A stretch of DNA of 64,000 bases from Cladosporium halotolerans (GCF_011745625.1 NW_027191456.1:124001-188000); one strand, 5' to 3'. Counted from the first letter of the stretch, positions 1 to 11,979 are shown. Program-made: numbers and translations. Notes: generated by a model not told the origin, from the letters alone.

Positions 1-1630
1 AACCTCATCCCGCGTCTCATCGCTCAGCTTCAAATCCTCCTCCAGGCTGACCGTGTCCTTGATCGTCATCAACATCACAGGAAGCGCGATGACCAGGCTG
101 CCCGCCAGCAGCGCCCAGCTGGAAGCGAACATGTTGATATAGGGGATGCCCAGGCCGTCGAGGCGCCAGATGATGGCCGCGCCGGCGGACTGGATGCCCT
201 TGTAGAAGCCGGAGTAGTTGGCGAGCTTGCGGCTGTTGTTGGTCATCGCGCCCATGAACCAGTACACGCTGCACTGCCAGGCGGCGTCGTAGAAGCCCTG
301 TTGGCGTGGGAGTTAGTTTGGGCTTCTTTGCGTCTTCTTTTCTTTTTTTTTTGGGGAGGGGATGGGTTGGGGGGAAATCTTACGTAGAAGATCATGAGGA
401 ACATGGGCCCGATGAAGCCGGAGGAAGTCCAGTCGAGCTTCTGGTAGTCGTCGGAAGGGTCGTCGGGCGTGTCGGCGCCGCGGTTGACCTCGGCGCGCGT
501 GTAGCCCTTCTGGAAAGCGTAGCCGCCGCCCCAGATGGCGAAGGTGAGGACGAACAGCGCGACCCAGCAGGCCTTCGCGCGCACGGTGCGGCGGACGCTC
601 TTGAGGTCGAGGAAGAAGCCGAAGATCATGGCGCCCCAGATCTGGGCGAGCCAGTACAGGACGGAGTTGAGGGAGCGGGTGCGGGTGTTGAACTCGGCCA
701 GGTTGACGCCGTTGAAGTGGTAGGTGTAGAACCAGTTGGAGGCGAAGAACATGGGGAAGAGCAGCACGATGTACGGCTCGCTCTTGATCGTCTCCCACAT
801 GCCGACGAACTCGGTCTTCCACGTCGGGTTCTTCATCAGGATCACGCGGCTGCCGTCGCTGCGGACGACGTTCTTGGCGTCGCAGAGGAACCAGGCGAGG
901 ATGCCGCCGAGCGCTGTGAGGACGATGAAGCCGATGTAGGTGCCGTCGGAGACGGCGCTGTTGCTGGTCTTGTTGATGTTCTGGCCAAGAGGGACAAGAC
1001 TGCCGATGACACCGCCCATGTTGAAGATCATCCAGAACACGGAGATGTAGCGGCCCTTGTTTTGCTCAGGTGGGTAGGCGAGCATGATTGCGCCCTGGGC
1101 GGCCCACAGCACACCTGCGCAGCAACCGAGCAGGAAGCCAGCGAAGACAATGAAGCCATAGTTCTGGGTGTGGTTGTAGCATAGGTAGGACGCGACGTAG
1201 ATGCAGTATCCGAGTCCACCGAACGACAAAGCCTTCTTGATCCCGAGCCAATTGGCAATGGAGCCGGCGAAGAAGCCGACGACCGAGAAGGTCGCATACA
1301 CGGCGGTGTTGGAGTCGGTGCTGGCTTTCGGATTAACCTGGCCGGCACCACCGAGGCCGTTGACGGCGTTGAACATGCCTGTGAATGGTGTAAGCGTCTG
1401 TCTCACATATCCATCGCGCACACTGTAAACATACCCGGACACAGGAAGCACACGAATGCAACCATGACAAGCTGCACCTGCGGACTGGCGTACCAGGGCA
1501 GCTTGAGAGGACCGATCTTCAATTGCTTGTACCGCCATCCCTTGGGGATCTCGAGAGTTTGTCCTTCCTGACTGGATTCCTCGGGCGATTGAACGCTGTG
1601 CTCGGTCGCGCTCTTCTCCGCGTCCGCCAT
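1..1630 (-). CDS. ngt1: UNC-93-like MFS transporter, probable GlcNAc permease (Ngt1-like); 3' end runs off the window start
   Basis: Exons 1630-1435, 1378-384 and 297-<1 joined by GT-AG introns (1379-1434, 298-383). The spliced product reads ...FVCFLCPGMFNAVNGLGGAGQV...WAAQGAIMLAYP...GFYDAAWQCSVYWFMGAMTNNSRKLANYSGFYKGIQSAGAA, typical of the UNC-93/Ngt1 family. Lies divergent from the GlcN-6-P deaminase; substrate inferred from context. Confidence 0.8.
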
Positions 1631-3035
1631 AGTGAGTGTCGCGTGACGTGGGACCAGGTGTATGAGAGGGTGTATCTGCGACGGCGCACTATGCGACGGC
1701 CGAGGTAGGGGATGCGAGATGCGGTGGGTCTATGGAGGAGAGTGATGATGAGAAGAGTCGCGTGCTAGAAGACTACGGCAGCAGTCGCAGTGATGATGTG
1801 GTGGAGGGGATGTGTCGACATATGCGTGCGGCTGAAGACATGGAGAGGAAGTGACAGACTATTTTAAAGGTCAGCCTCTCATTGACTAGCTCTATCTCCC
1901 CAAATAGGCGGCACCCCCTCACACCTCACACAAACGGACAACAGGGTCTGGAGGAGAAGTGTGGAGGAGGGCTCGGGGGGCGGTTGCGGGCAGCGGCCAG
2001 CCATTCACGCCGTCCGCGCGCGGGTGGCGCGCCGGGCACACGACCTCAGGCGCGGCGGGCGGAAGCTTACAGCGGGTTGCTGGCGGGCGCATGCATTGCC
2101 ATGTTGCACGGGGGGCCGAAGGGCGTAGGATGGAGGAGGTGGCAGGCTGCCGGTCTGGCTGAGCAGCGTGAGCAGTGCGCAAGCGAGGCGTTGCAACAGC
2201 GGTATCAGTATCACGGTATCACGGTATCAGCAGCGCGCGGGTCTTGCTGATACGGCTAGGCAGGTAGGGTAGATAGGGCGAGGGCCCCAGGCATTAATTC
2301 GATGCCTGAGATAGGCGATGCCACGCGGGACTCGCGCAGGCCGCTCAAGCCGCTCAAGCCTTGCAGGGATGCGCCGCCGCCCGCTGCAACCTCCACCGCC
2401 GTGCCGACGATGCCTCGAGTCAGCCGACACCAGCCTTGGGGGTTCTGTCGCTAGCGCCCGTCGTGACGGCTGCGACGCTGCCGCCGAAATCTGGAGAAAT
2501 GATGTCTTCGCCTGCAGTCTGCCGAGTGTGCGAGAGCCCTGGGCAGTAGGCATGTGCACTAGACAGTAGCTATACCGACCGATCTGTAACCTCGCAATCT
2601 GCACGCGCAGCTGTCCACCACCACCGCGACCTCCTCCCCACTCCGTCGCCGTCGTTATCTGCTGTCATCACCTGCCAAGTCATCCTGCTAGTGACGAGAC
2701 AGTCGCATCAGTCGCATCTCTGCCCTGCACGCTGCAACGGAGCTCGTGGAGCTCTTCGAAGCCTCGATGTCACGATGTACATCCCACCCAGCCAATGCCC
2801 TTTCCTACCCAGCTCCACGTTGCATCCAGGGAAGCCGTGACTTGTGACAGTCGCAGCTCCGGCAGGCGGTAGGCGGTAGGTCTCTCACTGTATGACGTCC
2901 GTCGCCGTGGACTGAGCCCAAGTGAATGAGGTGAAATTTTTGGGCCGGCTTCGGTCGGTCAGTGAATAGCTTTATGTCGTCGACAGGTCTTGCTCGTTTC
3001 CTTCCTTTGCTGTCAAGTGCTCCCACTAGACACCT

Positions 3036-3067
3036 GCGAAACCGCGAAACCGCGAAACCGCGAAACC
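3036..3067 (+). repeat. Perfect tandem 8-mer (GCGAAACC)x4 about 40 bp upstream of the deaminase start
   Basis: Read directly: gcgaaacc gcgaaacc gcgaaacc gcgaaacc. Confidence 0.9.
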
Positions 3068-3106
3068 TCTAATCTGCTTGTCACTTCCGATTAGACAACA
3101 GCAAGC

Positions 3107-4400
3107 ATGTCAGTTGTCATCCCGCCTACTCCCAGACCCTCGAGCTGTTGCTAACCGAGCCCGCAGGAGACTCATCATCCGTGATCACAAGGCCGAGGCC
3201 GCCCAGTACATCTCAGACTACATTGTCGGTTCGTCAAGCGGATCTACCACAGCTAAGGACCTCTCTGACATCCAATAGACCGCATCAAGACCTTCGCGCC
3301 AACGCCCCAGAAGCCCTTCGTCCTCGGCCTCCCGACCGGCTCATCGCCCGAAGGCATCTACAAGCGCCTGGTGCAAAGATACCGCGCCGGCGACATCTCG
3401 TTCAAGAATGTCGTGACCTTCAACATGGTATGCCTGCCTCACAACCCAATGCAACAAAATCACATCCTAACCAAATTCCCCCAGGACGAATACGTCGGCC
3501 TGCCGCGCGACCACCCCGAATCCTACCACTCCTTCATGTACAAGCACTTCTTCTCGCACGTCGACGTCGACCCGGCCAACATCAACATCCTCAACGGCAA
3601 CGCCCCCGACCTCGAAGCCGAGTGCATCGCGTACGAGGAGAAAATCAAGCACGTAGGCGGCATCGAGCTCTTCCTCGGCGGCATCGGGCCCGACGGACAC
3701 ATCGCGTTCAATGGTGAGCTCCAGCTTTTCTCTTCTTCCCCCCTCAGCCTCTCGCTAACCCGTCCCAAAAGAACCCGGCTCCTCCCTGACCTCCCGCACG
3801 CGCGTCAAAACCCTCGCCTACGACACCCTGCAAGCCAACAGCCGCTACTTCTCCAACGACCTCTCGCTCGTCCCGCGAATGGCGCTCACAGTCGGCGTGC
3901 AAACCGTCCTCGACGCCCGCGAAGTCGTCGTCATCATCACCGGCGCGCACAAAGCCCTCGCGCTCCGCAAGTGCATCGAAGACGGCGTCAACCACATGTG
4001 GACCCTGAGCTCCCTGCAACAGCACGCGCACGCCATGATCGTCGTCGACGAGGACGCCACGCTTGAGCTCCAAGTGAAGACCGTCAAATACTTCAAGTCC
4101 ATCGAGCAAGTCGCGACCAGCGAAGGGTTCGGGCAGGGCCTGCCGAGCGCGGCGTCGACGCGGCGGAAGCGCGACAGCGTGCTGCAGGAGCTGAACAGCC
4201 CCAAGAGCGCGAGCCCCACCGGGGGCAAGGGGTTCTTGTTCCCGCCTGTCGTCGAGGCGCCGCGCGCCGTGAGCCCGGAGCTCGTGCCGGACTCGATGCA
4301 CCAGCGCTTGCCGCCGACGCCGGGCCTGGAGGGGCTGGAGGCCAAGGAGCTGAAGCTGGATAGTATGCATGAGAGGGTTGATTCGCCGACGGAGGTCTGA
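3107..4400 (+). CDS. nag1: Glucosamine-6-phosphate deaminase (NagB/Nag1/Dam1)
   Basis: Spliced MRLIIRD...[13 protein letters not shown]...VVTFNMDEYVGL...[30 protein letters not shown]...[10 protein letters not shown]. Introns at 3109-3166, ~3229-3278, 3428-3484 and 3714-3771. Has a Ser/Pro-rich C-terminal tail. Confidence 0.95.
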
Positions 4401-4937
4401 GGGGTGGCCGGGGGTTTCGGGGGGTGGGGAGATTGATTGAGATTAATGAGCTTTTAACAAGGCGTCGGAGTTTTGAGTTCGCGGGACAGAAACACTGTTG
4501 CTTTTGGTGCCTATACCTATACCTATTTGTTGTTCTCGTCCGGAACGGGAGAATGCTTTTTGTCAGACGAGTGCGTGAGCGAGTGGGTACGTTGGTCGGT
4601 GTCGATTAGACCCACGAGGCGCTGGAATCAACGAGATTGAAAAAAAATACAATACAACGCCATACAAATTTTCCGTCTAATTTGGCCGTTTGCAACATCA
4701 GGCTCGTCGCGCTACGTACACAGGGTGCGCTGATACTTCCTCCCTCAAAATCTCGCGATGCTAACAAGTGCGGACTCGGTGCCTCATCAATCCAATCTCC
4801 AGCCATCCAGCCAGCCCGCGCCCAAACCTTCTGCTCACATCTTCCTCTTCTTCCCAAATCTTCAGCCCTCATTTTCCACAGAACAGCCCCATAGAAAAAG
4901 ACAGAAGCCACCAAAGAGAGGAGACAAAAAAGAATCT

Positions 4938-5018
4938 CGACGTTGGCAGGACTCGAACCTACGCCCCCGAAGGGAACTGATTTCTAGTCAATCGCATTAA
5001 CCACTTTGCTACAACGCC
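4938..5018 (-). tRNA. tRNA-Ser(AGA)
   Basis: Reverse complement GGCGTTG TAGCAAAGTGGTTAATGC G ATTGA-CT-AGA-AA-TCAGT, long variable arm CCC-TTCG-GGG, GTAGG-TTCGAGT-CCTGC, CAACGTC G. A T-run terminator follows at ~4926-4931. Confidence 0.93.
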
Positions 5019-5475
5019 CGTTTCGTCGCAAACCGCTAATTGGCTGCTGTGAGGTCATGCGGCTTTGTGCGGCTTATGTTCGCTCGCGCTGGAGAGCGCT
5101 GCTCCTCGGGATAAGCGGTGCGTTGGGTGCTGCGAATAGGGACGGCGCAGCGTTGGCTGGACTAGGTAAGGTAGTAACAATGGGGCTGTCGCGCGCGGAA
5201 TCATATATGCGTGCTTTTTTCTGTCGCGGGTCGTCGGATCCGTTTCGCGTCTTTCCAGTGCGATTTTGCATTGGAGAACACAGGCGGTGAGCGCTGGAGT
5301 CCAGCGGAAGCGATCGGGCCTCGACGCAAAGACTCGACCGAGCAAGCCAGCTCATCCGCCTCTTTCGGCAACCAAATGCCAGAAAAAATCCAGCTGGGGG
5401 AGCGTGCCGTGGCCGAGTCGCCGGCCAAACGCACTCCATCCCTTCCAACCAACCCCCAAGCATAAACCCCTCCCA

Positions 5476-7218
5476 TCACCCAACGACATCAGCACTATAC
5501 AGCCTCCGACTCCTCGCCGCCTTCCCGGCCCCCACCTCCCTCGGATCGCTCGGCAACTTGGTATGGTGCACCACGTGCGGGCGGTAAACCGCGTCGACGG
5601 GCGGCATCCAGTCGTCCAAACCCAGGGGGAAGTACTCGTACAGCAAATCCGCCGACTCGTCAGGGCTGTTGATGGTGTTGAGCGAGAACGAGGGCGGGCG
5701 GACGGGGATCTGCAGGTTTTTGACGTTGTGGGTGTTGACGGCGAGGGAGCTGGAGCGGTGCCGCGTGTCGGAGGGCGTGCTGTGGGGCGCGGGGGAGTCG
5801 TCTTCGAGGAGGGAGAGGTTGATGGGGGCTGTTGTTGTGGTTGTTGTTGGCTGGGAGGGGCGGGAGCGGTCGGGGGAGGAGGTGGGGTAGAGGGGTGGGT
5901 TGTTGCCGGCGGCGCTGGGGTGGGGCGCGGTTTGGGGTGGGAGGGCGGCCATGGAGCCTTCGAGTTGGTGTTGTTGTTGTTGGTGGTGGTGGGGGTCGTC
6001 GTGTGGGGCGGGCTTCCAGTTGAAGAAGTCGATTGAGGGTGGGTTGTCGGCTGTGGTATTGTTGTTGTTGTTGTTGTTTGCGAAAGCGACTTGGGCTGGA
6101 GGGGGGTTTGCGGCTGCGTCGATTTTTGGGGGCGCTGAGGTGGGAGCCTCGGTATGTAGTTTCTTGTGCGCGGATTCGCCGCTCATGGAGCGCGCGGGGG
6201 CGTGGGAGGTCTTGCGCGCGTGCCCGCCGGCATTCAAGGGCATGTCTTTCCGCGCCTGGAAGTTCCTCGGGCTGCGACCGCGCACGATGATGGCGCCCGA
6301 CTGGACTTCGCAGATGGAAATCTTGCCGCCCGTCGCCAGCGTCGCCATGATCTTGAGCCGCACGACGAAGTGCTGCTGCAACTCTTTCCGCCGTCCATTG
6401 TTCGCCGTGGCTATTCTGAACTGCAGCCTCTTCCACTGGAATGGCATCGTCAGGTACTCCGAGTCCATATCCTGCATGTTCATCACATCGATCGGTATCG
6501 CAGGCGGCTCGCGCTCCGCCTTATCTTCCGCGGTCGGCGCGGTTGGATTGGCGGGCGTCTTCCACGGCACCGAAATGATCTTCACCGGGTTTCCCTCCGT
6601 CGACTCGGTCGCGCTGACGACAAGCTCCTGCGCCATGATGGGAATCTGCTCGCCTTGGTCCGTCAAGATATACCTCATCGACCGCGGCAGCGTAATCTCT
6701 CCCGTGATCTGAAACAAATTCCGTCGATAGCAGGTCAACTCCGTCGGCGGCGGCTGAGCATCCCCGGCAGCAGCCCAGGGCGACTCGGCCAGGAAGAACA
6801 TGCCATGCAGCTGTGCGGCGAGCTGTATCGACATGCGCTGATAGTTGTACGTGAGCAGATTATAATCGAACCGCGGCAGCGAAAAGCCTAACAGCTTATT
6901 GTCGCGATCGATCGACGGCGTGTCCGCTTCGTTCTGGTCATTGTGCACGGGATGCTCGAAGGCGCTCACGACGTCCGAGAAGGGGTCCTCGAAAGTACTG
7001 TAGGCGCGCTTCAGCGACGGCGTCGCCTGCGGTTGCTGCTGCTGGTGCATGGACTGGAGGCCGAGCGAGTCGCCCGGAAACCCATAGCCCGAGTGTTGCT
7101 CCTCGAGCACCATCGGCGGCTGCATCAGCATGTCGGTGAAGGGGTCGGCGCTGCCCGGGTGCTGCAGCGCCGTCGCGACATAGTTCATGCTCGCCGGGTC
7201 GAAGCCAATGTGATCCAT
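5476..7218 (-). CDS. ron1: Ndt80/PhoG-like DNA-binding transcription factor (Ron1/Rep1-like GlcNAc regulator)
   Basis: Ndt80-domain motifs LHGMFFLAE, ELTCYRRNLFQI, WKRLQFRIATANNGRRKELQQHF and IIVRGRSPRNF; C-terminal LLYEYFPLGLDDWMPPVDAVYRPHVVHH; embedded in the GlcNAc cluster. Confidence 0.88.
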   Translation of the reverse strand: MDHIGFDPASMNYVATALQHPGSADPFTDMLMQPPMVLEEQHSGYGFPGDSLGLQSMHQQQQPQATPSLKRAYSTFEDPFSDVVSAFEHPVHNDQNEADTPSIDRDNKLLGFSLPRFDYNLLTYNYQRMSIQLAAQLHGMFFLAESPWAAAGDAQPPPTELTCYRRNLFQITGEITLPRSMRYILTDQGEQIPIMAQELVVSATESTEGNPVKIISVPWKTPANPTAPTAEDKAEREPPAIPIDVMNMQDMDSEYLTMPFQWKRLQFRIATANNGRRKELQQHFVVRLKIMATLATGGKISICEVQSGAIIVRGRSPRNFQARKDMPLNAGGHARKTSHAPARSMSGESAHKKLHTEAPTSAPPKIDAAANPPPAQVAFANNNNNNNTTADNPPSIDFFNWKPAPHDDPHHHQQQQHQLEGSMAALPPQTAPHPSAAGNNPPLYPTSSPDRSRPSQPTTTTTTAPINLSLLEDDSPAPHSTPSDTRHRSSSLAVNTHNVKNLQIPVRPPSFSLNTINSPDESADLLYEYFPLGLDDWMPPVDAVYRPHVVHHTKLPSDPREVGAGKAARSRRLYSADVVG

Positions 7219-8142
7219 TGCGGCGGCGTGCTGGGTCGCGGCGCCGGGCGCATTTCACCCCGCGCGTGGGCGGGCGGGAACTGGTGTTGAGTCGTTGGGC
7301 GTGGAGTCGCGGCGCGAGGACGACGGCATTCGCGAGGTGCGGTGGTGCCAGGGTGGTGCGCACAGTCTCTCGTCTGGAACCCTTCCAATTCGGTGCTTAA
7401 GCCGAGCCCGGATAAGAACTGCTGGTCCTGGCGTCACGCGAGAGGCGGTAAGGCTGTCCTCGGGGTGGGCAGAGGATACAGGGTCGTCGCTTGGTCCTGT
7501 CCAGTGCCGGGGCGTGTGTTCAGCGTTGCCGTGTCGTCTCAAGCAGAGTCCCGCGCATGTGCGCCCTCGAGTTCGGATGGTGTCGGCTCAACGTCCAATC
7601 AATCTATAGCCGAGCACGGCGGGCGTGTGCGACGGCGGTGGTAGTAAGCTGGCGTCGGCGGTGCGACACTCGCGCGCGATGTTGTCTGAACGGTGCGATT
7701 TCCACAAAAACGTCAAGAGTTGGAGAGGAGAGCGAAAAAGGTTCCAGCTGGAACGCTGGAGCCAAGGCAGGACAGGTGGTGGACGACTTGGTCCGGAAGC
7801 TTGGAGAGACCGCGTGGGGTCGATCCTGGCCCTGCGGAGGTCGGGCCCACACGCAATACCAAGGTAGTGGGGCCGTGATGATCCCTCGCTAAACGTCGGC
7901 GCCCTCCGACGCCCGACATACTGCATGAGGGAAAGGCGGGAGAGGTGCAAACGTTCTTATTATTAACACGATCCTCCCACGAGGGCCTCGGTGAGCATTT
8001 ATATGCCCGACGAAACTCTCCTCCAGCTACCTACTGCGAAAGCATCCGTCCCGAGGTCCACACAGGCAGGGAAATACCAGGGTATCATATCCATTTGTCA
8101 CGTACGCCAACCAACCGAGATACACGCATCCGCTGTTTCCAT

Positions 8143-11100
8143 TCATGATGGCGGCACCATCGTCCAGGTCGCAGCATCGCAGGAGACTTCCTCGAAGTTG
8201 TGCAGCGAGGTGAAGCCCATCGCGCTCAACCCGTCGGGGTTGCCATCGCCGTCCATCTGCGAAGTCGATTAGCAAAAGCTCAGGAATACATTGTCGCGAC
8301 GTGGAAAGGACTTACATAATCCAAGATACAGGCGTTGCATCCCTGCTTCTTGATCTGTCTCATCCCCAAAAGGATCAAGCCCTGCAACAGCGTGGAATAC
8401 TCTCCCACCGACGGGCTGATCACGGGCGACGAGATGCCACCGGTCAACTCACCAACGGCCTTCATCGCAGGCACAAATTCTGCCAGCTGCGATTGCATGT
8501 TGTACAAGACGACCGTTCCGACAATAGCGCCGTCCTCGGGCCTCTTAGCGCGAATAATGCCGCAAGCCGAAGGATCCATCAGGGCCAGCTTGTAGACCTC
8601 GGCAAGACCCTGGCGATTGTTCGTTTTGATGTGGTCGAGCACGCCCACTGCATAATCCCAACCGTACACGAGATCAAAGTCGACAGCGGCACTCTGCAGG
8701 CTCCTAGCCATGCCTTCCGGGGGAGTCCACGTCGAGAGATTTCGAGCAATCATGCTGCAGACGGTGCGTGAGAGGGCGGTGTTCCAGCCAAGCTTGGCGA
8801 ACCATGAGCGCAGCCTCTTACGCTCGCCGCCATGGCCTGTAGGACTGCCCAGGTAGATGCTGGGTAGTCGAGAACCGAGCTGGAATCGCTTGATGCCTTC
8901 GCGTTGGAGCAGGGTACGGATAGCGCGGTTGTGCAGAGAATGCCCGATGGAGAGCTTGCGACGTGCCGGATCGACGAAAATGGCGCCAATGACTCCAGTG
9001 CCAGTTGCCTGGAAGAAGTACGTTGCGCAAAAGCCGTATAGCGTTTGAGTGCTACTGTTGCGGACGACAAAATGTTGCTCGAGAACGTCTTGATTGCGGA
9101 GAAGCAATGAATTTGAGCTTGCGCCTGACAGCTCTGAGTGCATTCCAGGAGTGGCGCCTTCGACGACAGACCTGATCAGGGCATCTAAGCCTGTCGAGTC
9201 TCGCTCTTCGTTGAAGTTTTCGACCAGCCAGTGCTGTCGTGATTGCGACAACTTCTGGCTCTGGCTGATTGTACCCGGTAGGGCACCAGCGGCGGTGAAT
9301 TCTCCATACAGTACTTTCACGAGCGCAACCAGAGCGGTTTCGGTGAAGTCGTACGTGCACATGTAGGTACCGATGGACTGGTCCATAGCAAAGTCGTAAG
9401 GCGAGCTCACCGCGATGACAATGAGCGGCTTCTCACGTTTCTCGCCGCCGGATGTATACTGCATGTTGCAGATCATCGAGACGTGCTTTGTAAAGCCATT
9501 CTGGTATAAGTTGCGGTTGGCATCTGCTGTGACGATGATGACTGCCCCAGCACGATTGATCAGATTCTCATGCTGAGGCCGCACACCGTTCGCTGTGTAG
9601 GAGGTATGCAGAACGCGTCCGTTCCTTTGTCTAGCGAGTGAGCGTCCAAGCTCCCGAAATACTCGCTCTCCACTCATCACCGAGGAACTGCGTTCCCAGA
9701 CAGCAGGCTCGGGCGAGCCGTTGGTAGCTTGATCTGATAATTGCCGGGCAGCTGCGGATGCTGCTAGGGGCTTCACGAGAGGCGTGAGGAGCAAGAGCTC
9801 GTCTTCAGGCTCGAGAATGTTCGTAAGAGGTAGCACACGGTTCTTGTCGCGTACTATTGTAACGGAAGAATTGTAGGCCTTAGTTGACAGCATGGTGTGA
9901 GAGGGTTGCAGCTTCGACAGCAATTCGATACCTGGAGGATTGAGCGCTTTCTCCCAAGACGTGCATTTCGCCTTCATAGCAAGAATGCGTTTCAGAGATG
10001 TTCGGACTCGCTCTTTGGTGATGTTGAAGTTATCAAGACCCAATTTGAACCCCTCAATAGCCTCTTGCTGGTGGATGTAGGACCGGCAGAGCAAAACAAT
10101 GTCACAGCCTGCGTTGACAGCCATGACTGTGCCGCCTCCGACTCCGATGTTGTGGCTCAATGCCTCCATCTCCAAACAGTCAGATATGACGACGCCTTCG
10201 AAGTGAAGCTCATTCCGAAGCAAGTCGTTGACAACCTGCTCCGAAAGACATGCGTGCATGACGTTCAAGCCCGCTGAAGACATCGCACATCCGCCGACCA
10301 TCATCGCGTCGAGGCCTTCTCTGATGGCATTGCGAAATGGTACGAGAGCGTTCAGACTCAATTGCTCTAGACTTTCGGTGATAGTGGGGACATCGAGTGC
10401 GGATCCAAGGAACTCGAGGCTGCCGTAGCTAGGGAAGTGCTTGCCCATAGTCGCCAATCCTGCCTTCTTGTAGCCGTTCATAAAAGCTACGCCGAACGCG
10501 GACACTTCCTGCGGGTCATCGCCATGAGTCCGGACACCAAGAGGTTGATTGCGCGCGTTGGTCAGGACGTCGAGACAGGGACCCAGTATTAGATTGATCC
10601 CGCATGCTGCAACTTCCTCAGCGGTTGCTTTTGCGACTTCATACGCCAGATCCCTTGATCCAGTCGCGGCTAGACCCATCGCCGACGGATACTGGCGAAT
10701 GTAGATATCGTCAAACAAGCTGTTGACTCCGCCATTCTCCTGGTCAATACCAATGAGCAGGGGAACTGGATGGCCGGCATCATGTGCTATCTTCTGAAGT
10801 TCGTAGATGAGTGATGTTGTCTGTTCGGCAGCTAAATGTTGTAAGCCTTGGGGAGAAACAGCACACCTCCTATGCCATACTCACACTTGAGATTCGATGC
10901 CTTCAACAGAATCGAACCTATATGATGCTCGCTGATGAGCTTCCGGATCTGCGGCGTGACGACGGTGCCCTCAAAGCCCATCTAACGAACGAATAAGCGA
11001 CGCAATCAAACAGTCGTGCATGGTTTACTTGCCATAAACAGCTGGCCGAGGGTCCTGATGTAACAGTCAGCATCGAAAGCACCCGCTCCGAGCTAGGGGA

Positions 11101-11169
11101 GGCAAGGCGAGGTACCTACCGGTCGACGTCGTCCCATACCGGGTCAAGCTCTCCATTGCCGGCGGCCAT
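8143..11169 (-). CDS. ngs1: GH3 beta-N-acetylglucosaminidase-like domain fused to C-terminal GNAT acetyltransferase-like domains (Ngs1/Nag3-like)
   Basis: Spliced start MAAGNGELDPVWDDVDR-TLGQLFM-MGFEG, then IGIDQENGGV, GINLILGPCLDV, KHFPSYG, SDCLEM. C-terminal IGAIFVDPARRKLSIGHSL resembles GNAT acetyl-CoA motif A. The last exon ends ...TWTMVPPS* at 8143. Confidence 0.85.
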
Positions 11170-11979
11170 CTCGTCGGCCACTAGCCTGTCGACGCGACGG
11201 CGGGCTGGAAGACAGGAGCTTCAACCCACCCGTGTCGCAACGACGTCCGGACTCCGGCCTCGACGTCGCTTCAAGATAAGCGCGGCAACGTCTATCTGGT
11301 CGCGTATGCGGTAGAGCGGGACTGCCTCCGCATGGCGAGCCACCGCGCAGGCGCCACTGTGCCGAGAGGTCGACTGGTGTGAGGGCGGCGTGGGCGGGTG
11401 GATAGCACCGTTGCTCTTCGGCACAAGGCAAGCGAGTGCTTGGTTGCAACGGAGCACCTGGGCAGGGAAGATCACCGCTGTTGCGACGTAGAGCCCGGCC
11501 AGTCGAGGTTACATCCTGCGGGAGCTCCCGCCTGCCGAGGCCCGCCAGCCCTATCGGCGGGTCTGGCAGCCCCAGTTCTCTTACCTTATCTTTCACGCTT
11601 TGTAACATGGCTGTCCGCCGTCAGTGGAGTTCTAACGGCGAACATGTAACGGTGGCGGGGTGCTTTACCTGTGTCCGATGTAGGACGTAGGACCCGTGAA
11701 GCCCGGGCAGGCTGGCGTCGGTGAATGATGGCACGGGAGCTGGTAGGGCAATGACGCTCCGTGACAGCTCCTCGTGCGCCAAAGCAAAGGTGAGGTAAGG
11801 TAGGCAGGGTAGGATTGCACGCCCAATCTTTTCCTTCTCACGCGCACGTGTGGCGCCTCTGCCGATCTCTTGTCAAGTCTCATATTTTCATCAGCTTGAC
11901 GAGCAGCTGCCTATATGCACTCAGCGCTCGACCATACCTAATTTTCACAGCACCTGGAACGCCCTCGATCATCATAAAC

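Noticed and set aside
306..1184. Long antisense or alternate-frame ORFs over GC-rich genes (e.g. 306-1184, 5266-6891, 20272-21234, 26753-28303, 58068-58958)
   Set aside because: Shadow ORFs caused by high GC3 codon bias of the real gene; no independent motifs
1929..1934. Single CACAAA (Ndt80 MSE core) in the ngt1 promoter
   Set aside because: One 6-mer, with no counterpart noticed in the ngs1/dac1 promoter; insufficient evidence
4640..4740. Possible hairpin or small RNA downstream of tRNA-Ser with a T-run
   Set aside because: Weak pairing; no C/D, H/ACA or convincing Sm signature
5160..5195. ACAATGGGGCT (RNase MRP CR-V-like) and reverse-strand CTTACCT (U1-like)
   Set aside because: No matching CR-I (GAAAGTCCCC-like) partner or U1 body. 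Similar TAGG/TAAGG-rich tracts occur in other intergenic regions (~2255, ~11795).
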